Source: Nemertoderma westbladi (lineage: Eukaryota; Animalia; Xenacoelomorpha). From it: a DNA stretch of 64,000 nt. The notes beneath the pieces are model-generated. The model saw nothing but the letters and a program-made list of their open reading frames with translations. It did not search any database and had not been told where the DNA came from. Location: assembly GCA_032718475.1 (NCBI GenBank), contig JAUCBJ010006637.1:62001-126000 (forward strand). Direction: 5' to 3'. This document shows positions 47,550-59,944 of this stretch, piece by piece; position 1 is the stretch's first letter; each line of letters begins with the position of its first letter. The position numbers were made by a program, and so were the translations under genes.

Positions 47550-50509
47550 GGGGGGGGTATAATAATAGACCATAAATTTTGGACGCTCTATAGATGCATC
47601 TAAAATTATTTTTTTGCTAGGAGTCATATTTTGAGTTTTGTGACTAAGGAATTAAAATTTTGGAAAAATTCAAAATTTTTCAAAAATTTTATTTTTTCGC
47701 CAAAATTTTGCCAAAAAGGCAAAAAATGAAAAAAATGCTAAGGCTTCTAGCCAAATTATCCAAATACTTCAAAACTCACGTGAGAAAGTCAGTAGGACGT
47801 CCCAAACGATTTGCATTGACAAAATTTTGATATCTTGTCGAGAAGAGCAAAAAGCACCAAAAGGGACATTTTTGGTCCAAAAAATGACCAAAATTTCAAA
47901 AATTTGGCCCAATTTTTCGAAAAAATTGAGTTTTTAAAAAAATATCAAAATTTTGTCAATGCATTTTGTAAAGGACCCCACAATCATCGATCATGCAAAA
48001 AATCAGCACATTTGGGCCATTTTTGACAGAGCCTTAGCATTTTTCGTTTGAAAAATGCTAATTGGAGAAAAACAGGTTTAAAGTTAAAGTTTGTTTATTT
48101 TATTATGAAGTTAAATTTTTGAAATTTCGATTAAATGAGATAAACTCAGTGAATTCTAATAAAATTTTTTTCATCTAGTTCCAAATTTTATGTAGATTCC
48201 AAAAATTGTATTATTATCGCATGTTAATCTTAAGGTCATATTATTTCATATAAAAGACATGTTAAAGGGTGTGAATTTTTTGACAAAATTTGAACAAAAA
48301 ACTGAAATCAATAAAAAATAATAATTCAAATTAGGCACTATATTAATATTCATTAATTAAAATTAAATTTAAAAATTTAAAATGAAATTTAAAAAGTTAA
48401 TTAAAAGGCCCCAGATTTATATGACTTATGATCGGGTGCTTGCCATTTCTTTGATGGTTTGTGTTCAGTACTTTTCTGTTTACGTTTTAGGTTGACCTTC
48501 TTTGCTCGTTCTGCAAGGTCACCATCATCTTCCTCAAGGCCAAGCTTCTTCAAAATTATCTGTTCTGCTGAACACCCCCGATTGTGAACTAAAACAGTAT
48601 ACGAAACATGAAACATGAGTGTACTTAGACCCACAAACGTTTCTTTAGATAGACGAGTCCATAGCCGTGAATGCAGAGATTCGTTCGGATTTTGTGTGAG
48701 GCCAGGGATACAGCGTTCCAGAATTTCGCTCGTTGTTAGGCGTTCATAAACAGGTAAAATAAACTTCATGTTTGCCTCTTTTATAAATGTTACATTTTTG
48801 TAACTTATAGCATTGTTTTTGAATTTACACCACTTATTTTCAGGGCATAACTCATGTTGTTTCTCAACATTATCTCCATAATCACAATAGTGATGTGTTG
48901 CAGCCACGATTTCACTTCGAATCGTGCTTATGAGCACTGATTTTTCAGTCTCTGAGAGTTTATCTATATCAACATCTGCTATATTCTTCACGATCGTATT
49001 TCGGTAATATGACTGCAATTGGTGACATCGACTATCAGTCAACCCTCCCTTGCCTCCAAGTTTATGAGTTTTGCGAGCATTGGAAAGACCTGTATATAGA
49101 CGCTTCGCAACGTGGTTCAGGCACTCTTTCTTCTGCACTGTTACATTCTGCTCTCTGTAAGGATCGGACTCCAATATGTTCTTCATAACGCTGCTGTCGC
49201 CATCCGATACCATTGATTGATATATGACACCATTATTTGATAGGGATCTATTGAATAGTTTAACAGCTAAATGAGGTTCCATACCTGAACTGGACCCTGA
49301 ATAATTTATATTACACTCATGATCAGCATTGCCATCTTCTTCTTTGTTGCGGCTACAAATATTACAGTATTTTGAACAAACATCGAAATCAATGACATGT
49401 CCTGTATTTTCGGATATGATAAACGCGGCACCATAAAGTGATTGATGGCCTCTTTTCATCCATGTACCGTCAAAAGATATACATATTTCCCTGTCAATCT
49501 CTTTCATTGCACAATTTTTTGCATTTCCTCGTGCAAGTGATTCCGTGACCTTCGAGATTTCGTTGACATGAAATTGCCAGGCTCTCTTCGCAACAGGAGA
49601 TGGTAGTGACATTATTCTAGAAAACGTCTCTGCATCACCATGGGTCCCACCAACACAAAGCCAAGCCAGTACTGCACGAAGATTCACATCCGCTGTTTTT
49701 CTTCCAGGACGAGGTTCAGTTCGAGAAACTTGGTCGCTCGTGAAAGTAGAATATTGCCAATCACAACGTGAACATTTCCCCTCAAAATTGGTACTATAAC
49801 CACGATGTGACTCATTTATCACTACTGTACCGTCACATTGCTTATCATCATGTTTCTCCATTATCAGTTTCTTTATTATTTGCGTTGCTACAACGTTATA
49901 TCCCTCCAACTTTCCATCTGAGGGTAGGACATTCAGATTCGATGCTATTAGCGACGGTTCTCGATCTTTTGGCACTACCGGTACCGGTACTGAAATCGAT
50001 TTCATATGCGCGAGGTTCAATGTACCGGTATCTTGTTTCTTGGTTCCTGTTTCTTGTTTCTTGGTTCTTGGCATACTGTATTATAAAAATTATATCGTCA
50101 ACGATGTATGTACAATTTTCGATTCGAAGATGGAGGACGCTCTATAGTCTGTGTCCGTCAAAACTGCTGATTGCATTGATTGAAACACCAATACAGCATA
50201 CAGTTAGTAACTAAAACATAACAATGTGCAAATTCTCGTTTTAAACCTCCCGCTAAAATACATTCCAACCTGTAATAACTTATTAGCCAATACAATGATT
50301 TCAGTGCAACAAGCCGGAAATTTTGTTAATTTTTGTCATTTTTTTCAAATAATTTTCAGGATGCGTGTCTATATAATGAGCCATAACTCGAAAACTAGAC
50401 AAGCTAGAAATAAACTGTTTACAGATTTGAAATCTCCATAAAATTTGCTACAAGAAACGGGTATAAAATTTTTTTTATATTTTTTGACCCCAATTATTAT
50501 ACCCCCCCC
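47550..50509 (-). mobile_element. Kolobok-type DNA transposon, 2960 bp, TTAA TSD
   Basis: TTAA (47546-49) GGGGGGGGTATAATAAT ... ATTATTATACCCCCCCC TTAA (50510-13): perfect 17-bp TIR, purine-purine termini, encloses a transposase ORF. Confidence 0.85.
48401..50074 (-). CDS. DDE transposase (Mutator-like/Kolobok family), 557 aa
   Basis: ISFDGTWMKRGHQS, SKYCNIC, NYSGSSSGME, MVSDGDSS, KKECLNHVAKR, TQNPNESLHS; uninterrupted ORF. Confidence 0.92.
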   Translation of the reverse strand: MPRTKKQETGTKKQDTGTLNLAHMKSISVPVPVVPKDREPSLIASNLNVLPSDGKLEGYNVVATQIIKKLIMEKHDDKQCDGTVVINESHRGYSTNFEGKCSRCDWQYSTFTSDQVSRTEPRPGRKTADVNLRAVLAWLCVGGTHGDAETFSRIMSLPSPVAKRAWQFHVNEISKVTESLARGNAKNCAMKEIDREICISFDGTWMKRGHQSLYGAAFIISENTGHVIDFDVCSKYCNICSRNKEEDGNADHECNINYSGSSSGMEPHLAVKLFNRSLSNNGVIYQSMVSDGDSSVMKNILESDPYREQNVTVQKKECLNHVAKRLYTGLSNARKTHKLGGKGGLTDSRCHQLQSYYRNTIVKNIADVDIDKLSETEKSVLISTIRSEIVAATHHYCDYGDNVEKQHELCPENKWCKFKNNAISYKNVTFIKEANMKFILPVYERLTTSEILERCIPGLTQNPNESLHSRLWTRLSKETFVGLSTLMFHVSYTVLVHNRGCSAEQIILKKLGLEEDDGDLAERAKKVNLKRKQKSTEHKPSKKWQAPDHKSYKSGAF

Positions 50510-52162
50510 TTAAGCAATCGGACGGAACCATTGTGAAGTGTTGGGCGATGTTGTCGTTTTCAGTTGGCGGACAGATACAAACCAAACCGGGGTTACAATA
50601 TCTCCACTTTAATGAACTCTGTTGCAAGGACCTCAACGAAATTAAAATAACCTAGGCAGCTAAGGAACTTTTAACACCTGATGACTTTAAATCAATGGAA
50701 AAACACGGATCGGAATTATCCGCAACGGAACAATCGCTTTCTTCTGTTTCGCCATCGAGTGGACTACGGACTGGTTGCTAGGCTACGCTAAACTATACTC
50801 CTATTGGACATACACTGTAGTTAGTTTAATTCGAAAAAGTGTTATTTTCGTTATTTTGTTCCTTGTTGAATTGTTAAACATTGATTATACTGTATGTGCT
50901 TATTTCGTTATTGTGCTTATACAGTAATATACAGCCGCATATACTAACTTTATTTTATATTATTTATCGTATATTTTTCTACCACATCATATTTCTATAT
51001 ATAAGGATATACGAGATAAATTCTACACAAAGACAGACTTTTACAGTTCCTGTCTGCCGCTAGGGGGCAAATTGTTAGAGCTCCAGTTCAACGTGCTTAG
51101 CACGGTTTAATAAACAAAAACAATAAACTCATTATCTATTCATTACAGTAATTATAACAGTAAAATGCAATATATTCTATTTTCTAGTGAAATCAAGAAA
51201 CGGGGGGGGGGGGGGGGGGGGGGGCTGGACGCAAACCCCATCTTGGCGAATTAATATCCCGCCTCAATGTTAAATTCTCAATTTAGGGAAAGGAGTAGGT
51301 TACAGTGGCACGATATTTTAACCAAAACAATAAACTAAACACAATAGAACAGGTTACAGTTTTATTGTTGAGAGTAATTAGTTGTTACTGTATTTGCGTC
51401 GAATTCCCCCTGGAGAGGGATGAATTTTTATCACGTCCAGTTTCCCCCGCTATCTGCAAAAATAATACCAAAAATATATTTATAATATGAATAATCTATT
51501 TGGAAATTGTAAGTTTGGCCTTTTTTTACCATATTTTTTTATTATTTTACCAATTATTTAAAATTTTTGATAGAATTGAACAACATTTGCTTAAATAATG
51601 AGATGGCACTAGCTGAGCCCAGTCAGCCAGAGCCAGTTGTTAATAATATAAAAATATCGGCTGTAAATACAGTTTCACACAAGATGACAAGGGCGTTACA
51701 TCCCTTCCTTTGTATAAGAAATATAAAAATGTAACACAAAATACAAGACTATCGGCTAATCGGGAGGAATAACTAAACCTCCCCGACTGTAGTCCTCCAA
51801 TAATTACCATGATTATTATCCATAAAATAAGTATCATCGTGGTCTCTTTGAATACTACCTGGTATTTTTATGTCCAATATAAAGTGCTACATTACTTCAT
51901 CAAATTCCGAGTATAAATAAATAACAATAACAAAAAAACATAATTATAAACAGTTCGGATCTTCCTACATGGCTTTATGGCAATGCATGGGCATATGAGG
52001 GCTAGGTTGTCTGGTTGTATGTAGAGGTGGAGGGCGACCGAACAAAACCTTGACGGTATTTTGTTTTTACTTTTATCATAATATAACATGAATATAAAAA
52101 TACTGTAATTAATTTTACTGCGTGCGTAACCCTAAGACAATATAAGAAATAGAGGATTATTA

Positions 52163-53134
52163 GGTTAAATCTTTTCGACCTACGCGTAGCTACGCGTAGT
52201 TTGTAACTTCCATTCCTGTCATTTACCGGTAGGGCCAGACTTACTGCTTTTTTAACAACTACTCGTAGGTGTTTTAAAACTACGCCTAGGTCTGTAGGTA
52301 TATTGGAACTACGCGTAGGTGTTACGCGTAGCTACGCGTAGGTGTTACGCGTAGCTACGCGTAGCAGTCCTGATAACAATGATTTTTCATTTCAGGCACG
52401 TCTCATGATTCAAGTATCTTTGTTTCCATTGGATAATTTCAATATTCTACAGTAGTAAGCTATAAGTCTACCGGTGAAGTGGTTAAGCGAAAGCTGATAA
52501 TACTGCATATAATTCAACTTGTTCGATCAGACGTTAAAGTGCAACAAATCATGGTAGACAATTTAGTATCCCCCCTCCCTTTACAAGGGGTTAGCATATT
52601 AAATATATCCTTACCCTCTCGTGAACAAAGGCAATAATAAATAGCAATGGAGAATCGATCCATCGGCCTATTTCCTTTGTAAGCTATTTTTGAACTCTAA
52701 ACATTATTAACACATTTTAGCGCGCGCAACGCATGAAGTGAAGAATAATGTAGCCTTGAGCGTATGCCACTACACAGAGTATACAGGTATAGGATACATT
52801 ACTGTTGAAGCATTTAATTGTTGTACTGTATATTGAACATAAAGTATTGTCTTATTTTACTACTGAACCGCTTGGAATACGTAGGCCTACTAATGATAAA
52901 CGTCGTAGCGATAAATGTAGCACCTATGCGTAGTTATACGTCGGACCTACGCGTAGTTCGCGTAGGACCTACGTGTAGCTACGCGTAGCACCTACGTGTA
53001 GCTACGCGTAGCACCTACGCGTAGTTAATGTTGTAATTCTGAAACTGGTGATATATGAACCAATGTTGCGAACTACGCGTACAGTAGCTACGCGTAGGCC
53101 TACAGTACGACGTGTAGGTCGAAAAGATTTACCC
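52163..53134. mobile_element. Non-autonomous TIR element, GG termini, 8-bp TSD GATTATTA (Merlin-like or hAT/P), with CTACGCGTAG subterminal palindromes
   Basis: GATTATTA|GGTTAAATCTTTTCGACCTAC ... GTAGGTCGAAAAGATTTACCC|GATTATTA; clusters of CTACGCGTAG at 52180-52365 and 52945-53100. Confidence 0.82.
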
Positions 53135-53653
53135 GATTATTATGAGTTATGATAGTACAGCAGTATGTCTTGCTGCTGTACTGCAGTGCTGTCTTATGCA
53201 GTTATGTCAGTATGTAGCACAGTATGCAGTTGCAGGTTCGGTACCAGCGACCACGCTGTACTGGTACAGTATATAGGATGTACTAGACGTCGTCCAGCAA
53301 CTACAGTGCAATTATCCGGGTCGCAATTGTCCGGGTCGCAATTGTCCGGGTCGCAATTGTCCGGACTCCCTGTAGTACATCCATGACGTACTATAGATAC
53401 GACCCGCCAATCTGCTGCACAGCCGCTAAATTCAGTGGGCCAGTTATTTCTCTTAGATAGAATCTCTGAAACAATAGGTCTATCACGTCGAAAGTACTTG
53501 GCCCTAACTAAAATTATGTCCTCTTTCAGATGAGACAAATAAAAATGTAATAGCTCCAGAAGTTTTCGAGATATTAGGAGTTCTTGGCACCCATACCATA
53601 TCAACACCTTTCGGAATTTATAAAATTACACAAAATGCGACACCCATCAAAGA

Positions 53654-54342
53654 CTTTGGTATAACCATAGGGTACTGTGCTTTGGTATAACCATAGGGTA
53701 CTGTGCTTTGGTATAACCATAGGGTACTGTGCTTTGGTATAACCATATAGGGTACTGTGCTTTGGTATAACCATAGGGTACTGTGCTTTGGTATAACCAT
53801 ATAGGGTACTGTGCTTTGGTATAACCATAGGGTACTGTGCTTTGGTATAACCATAGGGTACTGTGCTTTGGTATAACCATAGGGTACTGTGCTTTGGTAT
53901 AACCATAGGGTACTGTGCTTTGGTATAACCATAGGGTACTGTGCTTTGGTATAACCATAGGGTACTGTGCTTTGGTATAACCATAGGGTACTGTGCTTTG
54001 GTATAACCATAGGGTACTGTGCTTTGGTATAACCATATAGGGTACTGTGCTTTGGTATAACCATAGGGTACTGTGCTTTGGTATAACCATATAGGGTACT
54101 GTGCTTTGGTATAACCATAGGGTACTGTGCTTTGGTATAACCATAGGGTACTGTGCTTTGGTATAACCATAGGGTACTGTGCTTTGGTATAACCATAGGG
54201 TACTGTGCTTTGGTATAACCATATAGGGTACTGTGCTTTGGTATAACCATAGGGTACTGTGCTTTGGTATAACCATAGGGTACTGTGCTTTGGTATAACC
54301 ATAGGGTACTGTGCTTTGGTATAACCATATAGGGTACTATGC
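53654..54342. repeat. 26/28-bp minisatellite CTTTGGTATAACCAT(AT)AGGGTACTGTG
   Basis: CTTTGGT at 53654, 53680 etc.; ~26 copies. Confidence 0.98.
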
Positions 54343-55043
54343 TTTTTTGGTTAGTCGAATTCATTATTAGAAATCGAAAACGAGATTAGATGCAAAATTT
54401 TAATTTTCATTTTTTAATATTAAAAGAACATATATACATGCATACAGACAGAAAATATTAAAAGAGCACCAAAATATATATTAGTTTAGTATAGGGTAGT
54501 ATTACCTACTACCCTATAGTAAGGTCATGGTACATATTTTAATCTTCTGTGTTCTAAACATTAATCAGAAAAGTAATTAACATAAGGTTTATTAGCATAA
54601 AGAAAATAAATACATTATGACTTACTGTACTGTATAAAGTTCAAAATACTGTAGTATACGGTCCTGGCCCTGGGACCCTGGGTCCATTTCAGCGTTATCC
54701 GTACAGTATCAGCGCGATTGATGTCCCAGTGTGTTATACAGTATGTATTAACAGTCTTGGACATCACCAGCAATGTACCGCCGCTACCGGTACTACATTT
54801 ATGTATTTATTCAAAGATTCCTCGCGACTCGGAAATATTATCTCACCTCAAATGAATTCTATAATTTATATATAAATATATATTTAGGTAATTAAAACAA
54901 ATAATAACAACTGTGTACAGGTGTAAAGCAGTCACAAAATACGGGTGTGACAACAAGCGAACAAGGATATGAAAATATATACTGTATATCTTGCAGCCGT
55001 GGATTTTGCTTTTATCCTCCAAATATAATATGTAGGGCCTATT

Positions 55044-58000
55044 TCATTGGACTTTGAACATATCAACTTTACTGCTAGAATTATTGTAGCCTTTACTTTC
55101 CATGTGATCCACAATGGCCTTGTATATCTCATCTCGATTCATCATCATTCCGAATAAATATGGCTAAAAAACAATCACAGTAACCTTTTAGATTTAGCGG
55201 AACTACAATAAATAATAATAATAAATATGGATAAAAAACAATCACAGTAACCTTTTAGATTTAGCGGAACTACATTCAATAATAATAATAAATATGGATA
55301 AAAAACAATCACAGTAACCTTTTAGATTTAGCGGAACTACATTCAATAATAATAATAAATATGGATAAAAAACAATCACAGTAACCTTTTAGATTTAGCG
55401 GAACTACATTCAATAATAATAATAAATATGGATAAAAAACAATCACAGTAACCTTTTAGATTTAGCGGAACTACATTCAATAATAATAATAAATATGGAT
55501 AAAAAACAATCACAGTAACCTTTTAGATTTAGCGGAACTACAATCAATAATAATAATAAATATGGCTAAAAAACAATCACAGTAACCTTTTAGATTTAGC
55601 GGAACTACATTCAATAATAATAATAAATATGGATAAAAAACAATCACAGTAACCTTTTAGATTTAGCGGAACTACATTCAATAATAATAATAAATATGGA
55701 TAAAAAACAATCACAGTAACCTTTTAGATTTAGCGGAACTACAATAAATAATAATAATAAATATGGATAAAAAACAATCACAGTAACCTTTTAGATTTAG
55801 CGGAACTACAATAAATAATAATAATAAATATGGATAAAAAACAATCACAGTAACCTTTTAGATTTAGCGGAACTACATTCAATAATAATAATAAATATGG
55901 ATAAAAAACAATCACAGTAACCTTTTAGATTTAGCGGAACTACATTCAATAATAATAATAAATATGGATAAAAAACAATCACAGTAACCTTTTAGATTTA
56001 GCGGAACTACATTCAATAATAATAATAAATATGGATAAAAAACAATCACAGTAACCTTTTAGATTTAGCGGAACTACATTCAATAATAATAATAAATATG
56101 GATAAAAAACAATCACAGTAACCTTTTAGATTTAGCGGAACTACATTCAATAATAATAATAAATATGGATAAAAAACAATCACAGTAACCTTTTAGATTT
56201 AGCGGAACTACATTCAATAATAATAATAAATATGGATAAAAAACAATCACAGTAACCTTTTAGATTTAGCGGAACTACATTCAATAATAATAATAAATAT
56301 GGATAAAAAACAATCACAGTAACATTTTAGATTTAGCGGAACTACAATCAATAATAACAATAAATATGGCTAAAAAACAATCACAGTAACCTTTTAGATT
56401 TAGCGGAACTACAATCAATAATAACAATAAATATGGCTAAAAAACAATCACAGTAACCTTTTAGATTTAGCGGAACTACAATAAATAATAATAATAAATA
56501 TGGCTAAAAAACAATCACAGTAACCTTTTAGATTTAGCGGAACTACAATAAATAATAATAATAAATATGGCTAAAAAACAATCACAGTAACCTTTTAGAT
56601 TTAGCGGAACTACAATAAATAATAATAATAAATATGGCTAAAAAACAATCACAGTAACCTTTTAGATTTAGCGGAACTACAATAAATAATAATAATAAAT
56701 ATGGCTAAAAAACAATCACAGTAACCTTTTAGATTTAGCGGAACTACAATCAATAATAACAATAAATATGGCTAAAAAACAATCACAGTAACCTTTTAGA
56801 TTTAGCGGAACTACAATAAATAATAATAATAAATATGGCTAAAAAACAATCACAGTAACCTTTTAGATTTAGCGGAACTACAATAAATAATAATAATAAA
56901 TATGGATAAAAAACAATCACAGTAACCTTTTAGATTTAGCGGAACTACAATAAATAATAATAATAAATATGGCTAAAAAACAATCACAGTAACCTTTTAG
57001 ATTTAGCGGAACTACAATAAATAATAATAATAAATATGGCTAAAAAACAATCACAGTAACCTTTTAGATTTAGCGGAACTACAATCAATAATAACAATAA
57101 ATATGGCTAAAAAACAATCACAGTAACCTTTTAGATTTAGCGGAACTACAATAAATAATAATAATAAATATGGCTAAAAAACAATCACAGTAACCTTTTA
57201 GATTTAGCGGAACTACAATAAATAATAATAATAAATATGGATAAAAAACAATCACAGTAACCTTTTAGATTTAGCGGAACTACATTCAATAATAATAATA
57301 AATATGGATAAAAAACAATCACAGTAACCTTTTAGATTTAGCGGAACTACATTCAATAATAATAATAAATATGGATAAAAAACAATCACAGTAACCTTTT
57401 AGATTTAGCGGAACTACATTCAATAATAATAATAAATATGGATAAAAAACAATCACAGTAACCTTTTAGATTTAGCGGAACTACATTCAATAATAATAAT
57501 AAATATGGATAAAAAACAATCACAGTAACCTTTTAGATTTAGCGGAACTACATTCAATAATAATAATAAATATGGATAAAAAACAATCACAGTAACCTTT
57601 TAGATTTAGCGGAACTACATTCAATAATAATAATAAATATGGATAAAAAACAATCACAGTAACCTTTTAGATTTAGCGGAACTACATTCAATAATAATAA
57701 TAAATATGGATAAAAAACAATCACAGTAACCTTTTAGATTTAGCGGAACTACAATAAATAATAACAATAAATATGGCTAAAAAACAATCACAGTAACCTT
57801 TTAGATTTAGCGGAACTACAATCAATAATAACAATAAATATGGCTAAAAAACAATCACAGTAACCTTTTAGATTTAGCGGAACTACAATAAATAATAATA
57901 ATAAATATGGCTAAAAAACAATCACAGTAACCTTTTAGATTTAGCGGAACTACAATAAATAATAATAATAAATATGGCTAAAAAACAATCACAGTAACCT

Positions 58001-59473
58001 TTTAGATTTAGCGGAACTACAATAAATAATAATAATAAATATGGCTAAAAAACAATCACAGTAACCTTTTAGATTTAGCGGAACTACAATAAATAATAAT
58101 AATAAATATGGCTAAAAAACAATCACAGTAACCTTTTAGATTTAGCGGAACTACAATCAATAATAACAATAAATATGGCTAAAAAACAATCACAGTAACC
58201 TTTTAGATTTAGCGGAACTACAATAAATAATAATAATAAATATGGCTAAAAAACAATCACAGTAACCTTTTAGATTTAGCGGAACTACAATAAATAATAA
58301 TAATAAATATGGCTAAAAAACAATCACAGTAACCTTTTAGATTTAGCGGAACTACATTCAATAATAATAATAAATATGGCTAAAAAACAATCACAGTAAC
58401 CTTTTAGATTTAGCGGAACTACAATAAATAATAATAATAAATATGGCTAAAAAACAATCACAGTAACCTTTTAGATTTAGCGGAACTACAATCAATAATA
58501 ACAATAAATATGTAATATTATGGTTTTGTTCAGAAATGAAAAAATTGAGAAAGCGCGTCACCGGGGGTTGAACCAGCGGTATACTTACGTTTCAGTCCAC
58601 ATCAGTAGCGCTAACCAGTTCAGCCACTTGCCCCTGACATTCACTCTCCCACCTAATCCACTTCTACTTCTCACGCTGGTAGCGCTGGTTCAACCCCCGG
58701 TGACGCGCTTTCTCATTTTTTCCATTTCTGAACAAAACCATAATATTACATCTTTAATTACAGTTGCATTAACAGCTGAACTCCAATTTATTTATATAAT
58801 AATAAATAAACAAATTGATTGCGTTTCCTTTTACGATTTTAACTTATTTACGTAAAATATCTAGAAATATAAATATAAAGTAATTAACAATATAGGGAAC
58901 CTACGGACAATCTTCAATATGTAACACTATATACACATACTGGGCCTCGTGCTGCGCGAAGGCCCCACGAACGTGTAACACTATATACACATACATTCTG
59001 TAGTTTTAGAGCACCGGGTTTTGTCATCTACATACCCACCTATAGATACACTTTTAGATATAGATAGACTCTTATAGATACAATTTTTGCCACAATTTGT
59101 TTCGCTAAACCAATCAATCTACATTCCTTATTTAAAAATGTTACATTACTATTCAAAATAATGTATTTTCCAATTAATATTAGAGCAAAATTATAGATAG
59201 GCTTTAATAATATAAATGAAGTTTGAGTTACCTGTAGTCCATTCTTTACAATAATCTCCATACAGACACCACTTCCTGGGATCACAGCGTAAGGTTTACA
59301 TTTCTCTATAGAAATAACTTCATTTAATTCTATTGTCAAGTTCTTAGTAGTTTGAGTCTTCGCTCTCAAGAAACACAGGAAATTATCAGTTAGAAATAAT
59401 CTCCCGTGTTTAAATGGAGAAATTGTTTTATCCTTAAGAATCCTGGTTGTCCTGTACCCACTTGATGGCCATT
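55044..59473 (-). CDS. GRAMD4: GRAM-domain protein GRAMD4-like, last two exons (59232-59473 and 55044-55163); 5' part lies beyond the window
   Basis: WPSSGYRTTRILKDKTISPFKHGRLFLTDNFLCFLR..IELNEVISIEKCKPYAVIPGSGVCMEI + PYLFGMMMNRDEIYKAI..stop parallels the recalled GRAMD4 GRAM domain (GVLYVTENYLCF..VLPGSGMGI..PLVFGAMVHRDEAF); canonical phase-0 intron. Confidence 0.85.
55153..58511. repeat. 67-bp minisatellite, ~50 copies, each containing the GRAMD4 terminal acceptor region
   Basis: GG(A/C)TAAAAAACAATC at 55229 and 55296; the first unit overlaps the exon start at 55163. Confidence 0.98.
58510..58751. repeat. Hairpin with ~68-bp inverted arms built from a tRNA-like SINE head
   Basis: ATGTAATATTATGGTTTTGTTCAGAAATG...CACCGGGGGTTGAACCAGCG vs CGCTGGTTCAACCCCCGGTG...CTGAACAAAACCATAATATTACAT; minus-strand A-box TGGCTGAACTGGTTAGCGC and B-box GGTTCAACCCC. 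Confidence 0.8.
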
Positions 59474-59944
59474 CTAAAACATTTTAAAAATATTCCAGTA
59501 TATTATTATTCTAGTATATATGTAATTCAGAGCTTGAATCTATACAGTTATGATAATCTATGAGTTTAGCAAAATCGCATTTATTTTGTTACTCAAGCAG
59601 TCATTGAATGGTCGTGTACAAAGAAGATGGGACATTCCCAACACACATGGCGAATGAAGGAAGCAAGCCATTTTCTCCTATATTGCCATTACCACTTTTT
59701 GGGAATTAAGGGATTCATTCCCTTGTTTTATGTTTATTAATTTTGGTTTCCTTGTCCCCTTTTTTATCACTGAAGTTTCCTTTTTCCCCTTTATTTTAAC
59801 TTTTCTGTTTCCTTTTTTTGTGAAATTTACCGCTGGGAGGGCTGCATTTCCTTCCAAGCTACAAAGGGAACTAAATTCGCCTTGATGAAACAACAATAAT
59901 TTGGGGACGTAAATTCGCTTAAAGGGGACCTAAGTCCGCAATTA

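Noticed and set aside
48401-50074. piggyBac assignment because of TTAA TSD
   Set aside because: Termini are GG rather than CCY and the protein motifs are Mutator-like/Kolobok type.
53601-54364. Three overlapping minus-strand ORFs
   Set aside because: Artefact of the 26/28-bp satellite.
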